A DNA stretch of 53,138 nucleotides from Sarea resinae (taxonomy: Eukaryota), in assembly GCA_026026165.1 (NCBI GenBank), contig JAPEUD010000108.1, positions 1-53,138 on the forward strand, given 5' to 3'. The notes beneath the pieces are model-generated. The model was not told the DNA's origin and searched no databases. It saw only the letters and a program-made list of their open reading frames with translations. Each line of letters starts with the position of its first letter. Position 1 is the stretch's first letter. Positions 39,974 to 50,009 of this stretch are shown here, one piece after another. The position numbers were made by a program, and so were the translations under genes.

Positions 39974-42750
39974 ATGTCTGTGTCTGCAAAGGAATTGTCT
40001 AGTTAGAGGAAGCGTCGCAAGACAACGACTATATCTGCACTAACTGCACTAACTGCACTGACTACACTGTAGACGTTTGCAACTGCAACGCCTACAGCGA
40101 CAAATAGTTAATCTTAGCGACTAATATCTGTATCTAATAGATTATCTTTAAAGGAAAAGGTTAAGATTATCCTAACAAAGCTGTAGGAGTAGCAGTTATC
40201 GCCTATCAACTTTATAGAGATCTAGCTTGATTATCTAGAAGAAGATTAAGAGTATATACAGTTAAAGCATTAAAAAGCCCTTCTTAACATAGTCCTTTAG
40301 TTTGACAACATTATCTATCTCTTACAAACTGCAGATAGAGGTCTAGACACAGTTATTAACAGCAGTGTTGCTTTTATCTGCAGCGATCTAGACTAGCTAC
40401 AAAGCCACTGTCTGCTGCTTAGCTAATATGACAAAGAGACAGACTTAAAGACACTTGACTTAGCTAGCTCTGCAGATCAAATAAAGACTATCGCACCTAT
40501 GCTGTCACGTCTTATTAGCAGAGCTGCTAAATCGCAGTATATTGCGAAACATTAGCAGACAACGCACTTAGCAGACAATAGACAACTAGTTATGACTGCA
40601 TCTATGCTTAGTCTTAGATATACGCAAAAGACAATGAATTGCTTCGCCTGTATGCTAGGACTATATCTATAAGACTCTAGACTAACCTAGAGAGGAATAA
40701 GCACGCTTTATAGCTTAGGCTTAGTGGATAGATATCGCACATTAGATGCGCAGAAAAAGCGGATATTAGAACAGAGCAGAGAACGTGGTCCTTAAACGCT
40801 GTTATTTTTAAAGGCTAACTGTCTAAAGATAGCTATCTGCTCTGCTATGCAGACGTAGGACTACACAGTTGTATACAATAATTTCGAGTGGCACGCAAAA
40901 ACACAGCATCAATTAGTTAGTCATACAGGAACTCTATATTCATACACGACTAGAAAACTATTACGCGGACGATGTCTACTAGATAGCAGACTTACACAAG
41001 ATATGTTTTATCCTAGCGTTTAGGTAGACGTGATAGATCTTCTAGCTGCAGATAGAAATCAGATAGACGACACACAGGCGCGGATTTCGACATATTTCAT
41101 AGCTAGTGCTATCTGCGCGGCATATCTAGATGTTATTAATGATATATTCGCTGCAGATATCCTTATGTTTCTGCAAATGCCAACCCTTAACGTCCTTCTG
41201 CACAGGCAGACTAAGCAGATTACCCTTAGACTAATCACTAAGTCAGAGAGTTCTATTGCAGGCACGTACAACGTGTTAGACAACATATTTGCTAGTCAGC
41301 TAGGGAAGGACACAGTTAACTTTAAGAAGCAGCTGATATTAGTATTTAGTGATCAGAAAACAGCAGGCCTAATCCGCTTATGTTAGCTTAAGCGATTAGA
41401 GGCAGCAGATAGATACAACTGCCTAGACTAGATATTATCTGTACCTAGCCTCTTCTACATGCAGATGAACCTTCTAGCATTGATTGTCAGATCACACTAT
41501 AGAGGACAGAGTAGTCTCTAGCAATATTCGACGCTATATTCGCACATTAATTTCCTTAGCCGTTAGAGTATACCTGCAGATAAAGCGCTCTTCTACTATT
41601 AGCAAGAGCTTGTTCAACATAGCTTTTAGGCAAGGATTGTTGCGTTATTCTTGTCAAAACTCCTAGGTGCATAGAAAAGACAGCATTTAGGTCGACTAGA
41701 CATATTCCTCTGCACATTAACTCCTGCAGAATTCCTTGCTTATGTAGAGGATATCTGCAAAATCGCCTTCTTTGCTGCTAGTTATTAAGAGCTAGCTTAA
41801 TACAAGGCGGATATTTGTTGCGCAGATAACGCTACAGGGGATTCAAAGCAGAAACAAAAGCAGAAACAGCAGCATCTGCCTTATAATACAGAGTATTTCA
41901 ACTACATCTGCTTTATACACTATGTTAAGACGTACCTAACATTAAGGCATGCTATTAAAGCTGCAGACATTAGATTGCTCTGCTATGCGATTGCCTGCAG
42001 TTGTCTTTACTTTAGCAGAAGCAGGTCATTTAACTATTCGCAGGAGATGATTTGTTTATAGCAGCTAATATCTACGCCGACATGTGATCGTTGTCTGCAG
42101 CAGGCGATACTTGCAAACAGTCTTGTTAGCAACTATAATTAACTAGGGACCTTCTTCGAAGTTGATTAGATAAATAAACTTCTTAATCTACAGCTAAAGA
42201 CTATTCTACAGACTAAGGGTAATTTAACTCTCAATGTGACAGCATTGTTTAAGTGGTCAGTATTAATAACTAGTTATCTTGCTCTGCTGCAGTCTTAATT
42301 TGAATTTACGTTCAGAGAACGTATTAACACGTCTCACACTAACAGATCTGCTACAGCAGATATTAGGAGTCTTGCAGATTTGATTGCTTAAGACTCTATT
42401 ATCTATTGCAAGGACAGAAGATCTGCTCACACAGCACTAGGATTATTGCAATTAGGTGTTATGCGGCTAGCTTAAAAGGGACTGCCTACGTTGAGTAGCA
42501 GATATGTAGATCTAGATAAGGCAGATAATGACGATATAGACTAACAAGTTACAGAGGCGTTAGTAGGCCTTAATGTAAGTGTATATCCGCGGCTTTACAT
42601 TTATAATTCTAATGCAGAAGACTGTTCTAGGCATTAGATGCTTAACCTATTAAGCAGACATCCTAATATAATGCCTACTATATCGCTTCTGTAAGCAGAT
42701 ATCGTGTTAGATTATCTAAGTCATTGCATTATTATCGAAATTTCATTTAA
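39974..42750 (+). pseudogene. DUF6589-type DDE transposase, RIP-inactivated (3' end approximate)
   Basis: One frame from ATG 39974 with many TAG/TAA stops. De-RIPped motifs: NCFARMLGLYL..SG...GISTLHGLG, VVY(D)NF (40874), LVF(G)DQKT (41351), VP(G)LF(H)MQMN (~41444) and FFEVD.IN(E)LLN (42158). Probable introns at ~40781-40828 and ~42576-42630. Confidence 0.8.
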
Positions 42751-42810
42751 CTAAACGACTGCAAACACAACTAACAATATCTATTGTATCTATAAACACC
42801 CTTATCACAA

Positions 42811-44678
42811 TTACCCTTGATTACATGACTGCTGCTGTTACTCAACCTAGCTAAACTACCTGCAGCAGATGTAATTCAGAATTTCTAAGACATCTCTAGA
42901 TAGCCTTCTAACATCTGCTCTTAACAAGGTCACCTCTGATCGCAACTCCTCTAAACCTTCTGCTGTACTAGCGTTATTCGCTGCTGTACTAGCGTTTCCT
43001 GCTTTAGCAGAGGCAGACAAAATGGTATTACGCAGGGCATTACGCGGCTAGAGGAGGCTGCAGACGCGTTTATTAACAGTGGCAGTTGACTTATAAGGAG
43101 GGCAGGCAGACAACGCAGCGCGCTAGGTATAGAGTCTGTCACAAACAAGGGCAGCAGGCGATGATGCAGCAGCAGGCGATAATGTGGCAGCAGGTAGAGA
43201 GCTAATAATAGCCTCTGCTTTGCTGTCCTTAAGCTCAGTCAGATCTGTTGTCTTCTGTGCCTGTACAACGTGTCAGCTCCTACTAGATATGCATATCTGC
43301 GTCGAACATACCTTGCTAGGGCGCAGATAACTCTCTTTAGCAGGTGTCTTAGCCCTACGCTTCTGCGACTTCTTGTTTGAACTGTCTTTGATTCTGCTAG
43401 AGGCATAGACTGTATGCTGTAGTGTCTTAGTCCCCTACAACCGCGTCAGCTATATGCATTATCTGCCTAGCAGATATACAAACCTAATCGCCTGCAGACT
43501 AATCGATATTAAATTTGCATGGCTTGCTAGCCTGTCAGCAACTAGCGCAGCTGTCTCTAGGTTTTACTATAGCCTTTTTAGGCTTATTTTTGTACACCTT
43601 ACAGCGCAAGCCTCTTTTAACGCAGCGTTTACACTTTGTCTGCAGTTTAACTCCCTAATATAGATCGTTTATAATTAGATCTGCATAGGCGTAGGCCTTT
43701 TAGCAAGTTCCTCTAAGGCTGTCCTATACTGACTAGTCACATGCAAGCCAATCTAGAGTCGTAGGCTTGTGGATATACTATTGCTTGTTGAAGAATTAAG
43801 ACTGTGCACAATTACAAGGCGCAGATAGATCTGCAGACAAACCTCCTTGTTTAGATAATGCGTCTAACGTCTTGTCTGATCCTTTTTAGGAACCTTCTAG
43901 CCTAGATAGCAGCTTCTGTGATTTCTTACCTCTCTGCGTATTTGTAGTAGTCTCTTCAGCTAGTGTCTCCTTAGCTAGTGTCTCCTCTGCTAGTGTCTCC
44001 TTAGCTAGTGTCTCCTCTGCTAGTGTCTCTGCTAATGTCATATCTGCTAGTGTCTCTGCTAATGTCTTATCTGCTAGTGTCTGTTCAGCTAACGTTCCTG
44101 CTTCCTGCATAAAAAATTTCTAGAATTGCAGAGGACAAAGCAGTTTAGGCGTGTCTCTACAACGCAGGTTTTGTGTTATCACTCTAGCACGCGAACAATA
44201 ACTGTCGTCACCTAGCAGAAAGGCGAATAGATCCTTGCTATAATAGGTCAGTTATTGCAGCTGATTTACATATGCTTATAACAGCGAGAGACGTTTAGTT
44301 GACAGTAAAATCACTTACCTAGTGTTCACAGTAGGTGCTAGAGCAGACGCGGACGCAGACTAGCCTATATTCTCACTTAATAGAGGTTAGTAACAGCAGC
44401 TGATATACTTATGCGTTTAACGCGAAAGATAGCAGTCAGCTAATAGTAAGATAACTTACCTAGCGTTTATAGCAGCAGATGCAGACTGAATCAACTCCTC
44501 ACTATATAGAGGTTAGCAACTGCAACTAATATGTGCTAATATAGAATTAAATTGAGTCAGAGGACTCGATCTAGTTAGAATTTATCACTTATATAGACCT
44601 TAAGGCACCCTTGTCTCTAGTAGCAACTCTCCTAACATACTCCTCTAACTTATCTCTGCTATCGCCTGATCTAGCTAT
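42811..44678 (-). pseudogene. Spliced gene encoding a Cys6 zinc-cluster-like protein with repeats and a C-terminal coiled coil, RIP-inactivated
   Basis: Reads CKRCVKRGLRC-x17-CASC*QASKPC at 43633-43517. GTAAGT donors and CTAAC/CTGAC branch points at 44240-44530; TLA(E/K)E repeats at 43955-44095; tail ELRSEVTLLRADVRRL. The start is assumed to be an ATG>ATA codon at 44678. Confidence 0.65.
43955..44095 (-). repeat. 12/15-bp coding minisatellite (TLAEE/TLAKE/TLAE)
   Basis: Repeated GCTAGTGTCTC(CTTA/CTCT/T) units on the + strand. Confidence 0.85.
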
Positions 44679-45789
44679 AACAGGTATTAGAAGTGATAAG
44701 AGACTTAATAGCTTGCTATTAAGACTGCAGCAATAAAGTTACAATAGAGATAGTTGAGGTTGATTAGTTCAACTAGACAAAGACAATGCTATAATCATAA
44801 GAAGTTAAGTTAAAAGTAGAGAGTAGTTGCTAGGGTTAGGTGCTGAATATAAACAGATTAATTAGACAAGGTGTTCTTTGTTCGAACTGCATTCACTTAT
44901 TAATAGCGCGTTTTCTTTGTTGCGCGGATTGGCTGCAGGTGAATGTTTATATCTGCCTCTACTAAGGGCTAACGTCTCTTATATGATATGTCTACTGCGG
45001 CAGACAATGTGTTACCTTATAAGATACAACGCAAACGACTGATTAGTAGCGAATCAGATAGCTGACTTGATATATCAGATGTTGCTAAAAGAGACAAGTC
45101 AGCTATAGCTGATATAGCTGATAGAGAGGGATAAGTTTAAGTCGTCGAATTATCTGCACAGATACAGGCCGCTAACGCGCCTAATTCAGACTTGTCTAGA
45201 GGCCTGCCATCCTATTCTGCACATCTAATCAACGATTCTGCATCATGAATACTAGTCTTCTACAGACATATCTGCTCTATAACGTCTACTGATATCACAT
45301 ATCCTAGCACTAGGACCTAAGTCATATCCTTGTACTTTGTCTGTAGCCACTCTAACGTTGTAGAGGGACGAAATAGACGCACTAAATCAGTGCTAAAGCA
45401 GAACACCTAGACAGTCCTAATAACTCCTTGTGTAGTCGACGAGATAGCTATAACAACTACTTAACAACCTACTACTAAGGCATAATCAGTGGAATAGCAC
45501 GAAGCAGAGAGATCAGAAGGTGACTGCTTCTCTAGGAAGGAAGTAGTAGGAGAGCTCTTAATTAATTGATTTAACTAAAGAATAAAGAACTGCTCTGCGC
45601 TTAAAAGCTGCCTGAAAAACTAAACATGACTGAACTAATAAACTTCTGAATTGATCCTGACCCCTTAACGTAACACTATCCTCCTTGAACTACATGCCCT
45701 AAGAACAATGCACGTGATTTGCTGACTAATCCTGACCGAACCATTCTGACCTATGACATCCTTCCCCTCTACAAAGTGAAAGTTGTCCC

Positions 45790-48700
45790 TTAACTTTCAA
45801 CAAGATCATTATCGTCGTGCTTAGCAGAAGGGTGTGTAGCCCTAATTCTAGAAGATTGGCGAACACGTTTAGGATCTAGCGCGTCATCAGAATCTGATCG
45901 ATTTCTCTTGTTCGTGGTTTCGTCGTGCTTAGTTCCTAATAGTGATACAGCGGCAAACTGTTGTAGTGCGACATCAAGCTCTATATTCTCGGCGGCGCGG
46001 GTCAGGCAGGACACAGTCTTGTCAAAGACATCTTTGATTAGGGGCGGTACTAGCGTGTCCTCTAGGAGCTCAACTAGTTGTAGTCGTGCACGTCAGTAAA
46101 GAACAGTGGTGCCAAGCTGAATAGGACTTGTGACTATGCCGAAGGAGGACAGGCGAACAGACAGGGACGTAGCTTCTGCTAGAGAGGAGACTGTAGTGGT
46201 TTTAGTCAGCGGTTGCTGCGCATTCTTAGCTTCGCGGACTCTCTAAGCGACCTGTTCGAACAGTGTTTGTCTAAGTAATACTGACTTTAGAACTAAGGCT
46301 ATGCTTTTAGCTAGAGTGCTAGGTAAACTTCTAGACAGTCTAGGTGTTCCTTAGTCTGATTTGTCGCTGTCGTACTCGAAGTCGGATAGGTCAGGGTCTT
46401 TGTCATCGCTGACGACTATGACTTTATTGTCACAGGCCTAGAAGAAAGATTTCTGTCTATACACGCGTCTTTCCTCCTATTCAACTAACGACTAGCTTTT
46501 CTTAACAACTTTTACTGCTGTTGCTCTCTATTTGTCACAAAGCTTATTAAACTTTCTTGTCTTATTGCCTAGCATAATATTGCGTTCTTCGATAACCGCA
46601 GGATTATCCTACCGCCTCTGACTAACTAATGCATCTGATAGGGCCCTGAGTCTAGTGACAGCAACATTGGCAAGGAACTTGTAAGGGATACTGCTATGCG
46701 TGTTAGGATGCCCTGACAGGCTATTTAGTCTAGGCACTAGATCTTGATGCGCTATTGCTATATCGTTCTACGTACCTAACTTAGGAATTTCAAGGGTATT
46801 GTGATCTTTCTCAATTTTGACAAGCTATAGGAAAATCGATCGACAAACTTTGGTCAGATCAGGTGCTAGACTGTGCGGAATTGTTGGCAGAGTAAAGCGT
46901 ACGCTGTAGGCTAGACAAGGTTGTCGCCGCGTTTTGATACCCAGCTTTGCAGAGTCAGCAAGAGTCTACATCTTAGCGTCGATGTCTTAAATCTTGCTGG
47001 TTTGACTGTATCGTTTAGGCTCTTGTTTAGCAATCTCCGCGGCCTATTAATCGATCTTCTTATGCATTCCTAACAACAGTCTCACGCAGTTGTGATTATC
47101 TTCTTTGTTAAACGAAACAGCTACTTGCACTATGTTAACCTCTCGACCTTCTTCTACTATCAACTGTAAATTTTGGTCTAAGTGAAAGAACTAAACTTTG
47201 TCCCTTAGATGCACATGACGCGCGTAATAGGGGTAGGAAATGAGATCAGTGGCGTGATTAGGGCGTAGTAGTACAGTCTAGGCATAGAGGACAGGATCTT
47301 AGCAGATGAGCTGCTAAATAGTAGAGTGCATCATAGTTCGCGCCTATCCTATATCAGATGCTCTGTTTACTAAGCGTTAATAGTGGTGGTACATTTCGAA
47401 CTCATTGTCTATGATCTAGTCTAGGCCTTTCGTTTTTATCTATGCAAACATGTCTAGTATGATCACTGATCTATTTTCTTCCTACAGAAGCTCTGCAGTC
47501 TTTCCTATTTCTTTTTGCACTGCTCCTAGTCCTAGCACGTAGTCCTTATCCTCTGCTTCTAGCTTGAGTCAGTACAGTCCTTGCGCGTCACTCTCGCGGG
47601 CTAGGCGGTGGTCTTTTAGGAACCAAAAATATGAGTTTCTTCTCACTTTAAGACCTATAACGTCCTGTGTCATCTGGATAGTTAATAGGCGCTTGATTAA
47701 TTCGTGGTCCTTGCGCGATGTTTAAAGCCTAAATTTTCCAGCTAACGCGCGCAAATGACTTCTGCAAAGATTGGCATTGACATCCTAGACCTATTGTGCC
47801 TACTGATTAACATAGCTCATTGCTGTGTTAATAGAGACCTCTTTCTGGCTCGCGACTTCTTCTTTGAACTCGTTAGTGACACACAGAGAACAGCGACAGT
47901 TTTTAATAGCCTTGTCTTTGTTATCGGTTTCGTTTTCCTTGTCTTTCTTCTAGACTGTCCTGAAGTTCCCTGTCTTCTCTTCTCTACTGTTGGTTGGGCC
48001 TAGAGTGTGCTCGCGGTCTAGAGGGCTGGTAGGCGGTTCGTCTAGAGAGATCTCTTGCAGGGTGGTAGACAGTTAGTCATCTAATCTTAGAAAGACTCGC
48101 TCCCCTTAGTAGCTAGGTTCTGCTTTTCGCAATATGCTATGTCTATCGATATACGCATTGTGCTTTTCTAATTCCTCTGAAGTAATGTCTATAACAGCTG
48201 GGCTTTTGTTTTTGGCTTTAACAGAGGTGGCTACAGCAGTCTAATCGGCAGAGATCTAGGCAACAGCTAGCATGTTTGCCCCCTGCCCCTTTCCTTTGCG
48301 CAGTCTGATTATAGCAGCTGAGTTTACTATTTTCATGCTCTCTTTAAACGAATATTTCAACGCTACAGCCTTTATCGCGTCTAGTACATTCCTTGCTATG
48401 TTGCCTAGTGGTAGAAGATTTGCTGTGTCTTCTAGTCTCTATTCTTTTTGTATCACTGATCTTGCTTTTGCGATTCTCTTCTGATTTGTCTGTCCTAACG
48501 CTGCAACGCGCTTGAATTCTTGCATAGCACTGTCCTTCCTATTGAGCATAGCTACTAAGGCTAGGTATCTCTGTATGCTATCCTTAGCTAAAGTGAACAA
48601 GTACGCGAACTCTGTGATTTTAGCCCCTATTTCTTCAACAAATCAGGCGAACCACTCTCTTTGCAGCTCTATTTCTAGTGTGCCGATATAGCTGAGGAAA

Positions 48701-49029
48701 TGTTCGATGTTGCGAAAGTCTGTATTCCGAATAGTCAGGAAAGATTGAGTTGTAGGTAGAGGCGGCTGAACAGTATTCAAGGCTAGTCTAACTGTTATAT
48801 TTAGTGCTGCTTGCTCTGAACTTCTAGACAGGCTAGGAGTTTCTTCGTTTGGCGTCTCAGGCTGATCTGCTTCTGCTATGCCTGGTTCGTCCCTTATAGT
48901 AATATCGTCGTCGTTGGTCTAGGGAAGCAGTACGTTCAGTGTGAGAAACATTCCTAGTTCGTCAGAATAAGAAGATGTAGAGGGTAGTGCAGAGGTAGAC
49001 AGAACAATTGTTTCTTCGTTGTCTGACAT
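45790..49029 (-). pseudogene. 1,079-codon ORF with a PhyH-like 2OG-Fe(II) dioxygenase domain, RIP-inactivated
   Basis: ATG 49029 to TAA 45790 is exactly 1,080 codons with no frameshift and more than 30 stops, each explicable as a transition from CAG/CAA/CGA/TGG. Motifs LISYPYYARH, FFHLDQN (HxD, 47184-47176), VQVAVSF, LLGMH, VRFTLPTIPH (distal His 46875-46873) and V(R)RSIF. Confidence 0.72.
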
Positions 49030-49164
49030 GTTGTAATTCTAACTACTAGACTGTCCTGAAGTTGCTGATAGTGATTTGGATAGGAATAGAGGAGGAATCT
49101 GTTTATCAGATAGTATGTCTGTCTGCAATAACAAGGGCGAAGTTTCTTTCAGAAGATGCTGAGT

Positions 49165-49287
49165 TAAGCGAGCCAATCAAAACTAGGCATTTAACTGAGC
49201 CAATGAGAATGGTAGATAAGCGAACGAATTAGAGGACAGGGCAGTAAGCGAGCCAATCAGTATGAGAATCGTAAGCGAACTAATAAG
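49165..49287 (+). promoter_or_regulatory. Five-unit spaced repeat, consensus TAAGCGAGCCAATCAG (CCAAT-box-like)
   Basis: Units start at 49165, 49192, 49217, 49245 and 49272 (spacing 27, 25, 28, 27); three keep AGCCAAT. Confidence 0.6.
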
Positions 49288-49878
49288 CATTGAGTATGAA
49301 AAATCAGTAAGAAGAAGAACAGAGCGGCGGCGGCAGGCAGTCATAGAGAGATGTAGGAAATATGTAGGAAGGATAGAGGCAGGCAGGGTCGGCCTAATAT
49401 TTATACTCCTCGCTTAGCTAGCCTGATCTAGATATCTAGACAATTATCGTCGAACATCGGCAGTAAGAAACTCTTTTTCTTTGTCTTTTATTGATTGTTA
49501 TAGCGGTTGCTAGCGTGCTATAGCTGATTCTAGGTGTGTAGTGGTTGCTTTGTTGTTGTTTGTTTGTCGCTTAGCCTCACCTCACTTTTTAGTGAGGAAC
49601 GCTGCAAAAGGTAAGGTAATGTTAAGCCACGTATAAATAGCGTGTAATCTGTGTGTAAATTGCGTGTAAATTGCTGCGGTTGCTCGAGTAGGATCACCGC
49701 TGGCTTATATCTTGTTGCTTAGTCATGTAGCGAGTCAGTTGCGCCGTGTGTTTTCCTATATGCTGAGTCATAAGTGCCGGCTTAATAAGCAGTCTTTTGC
49801 GCCTTTGATTGCCTTGTGCTCCTTTGCTAGCAGGTTGATGCCAGTAGTAATCTCATGCTTGCGCCAGGTATTTGAGCT

Positions 49879-50009
49879 TGTAACACTGTAAATAGGTTTC
49901 TGTTAGTGGTTTTAATCAGGTATGAGTAGTCGTATTATAAGGTGTTATATGTGGCGTTTGTAGGTGGTTTCAATTGAGTTTCTATGCATTAGCAGTGCAT
50001 ATGCATGCA
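49879..50009 (-). repeat. Putative 3' LTR of the Ty3/Gypsy element
   Basis: On the minus strand a PPT GGAAAAAGAGGGGGGTAGAGG (50030-50010) is followed by TG at 50009, and the segment ends ...GTGTTACA at 49879. The second LTR is outside the window, so the distal end is unconfirmed. Confidence 0.6.

Larger units (their letters stand above)
39895..45475. mobile_element. RIP-degraded DNA transposon (DUF6589/Academ-like transposase plus convergent cargo gene), boundaries tentative
   Basis: Abrupt AT shift at ~39,890 and an identical 10-mer TAAGGCATAA at 39885-39894 and 45476-45485. No TIR visible inside those repeats. Confidence 0.6.

Noticed and set aside
45080..45470. Possible RNase H-like fragment (SLYFVCSHSNVVEG) at the right end of the DUF6589 element
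   Set aside because: The expected GNExAD and upstream DS motifs are absent, and no frame gives a convincing protein.
49165..49287. CRISPR-like appearance of the spaced repeats
   Set aside because: Eukaryotic context, 16-bp degenerate units with 9-12 bp spacers, and no cas genes.
39890..49878. Starship (DUF3435 tyrosine recombinase captain) or Helitron interpretation
   Set aside because: The first gene has DDE-type DUF6589 motifs rather than tyrosine recombinase motifs, and no Rep/helicase motifs or hairpin-CTRR end were seen.
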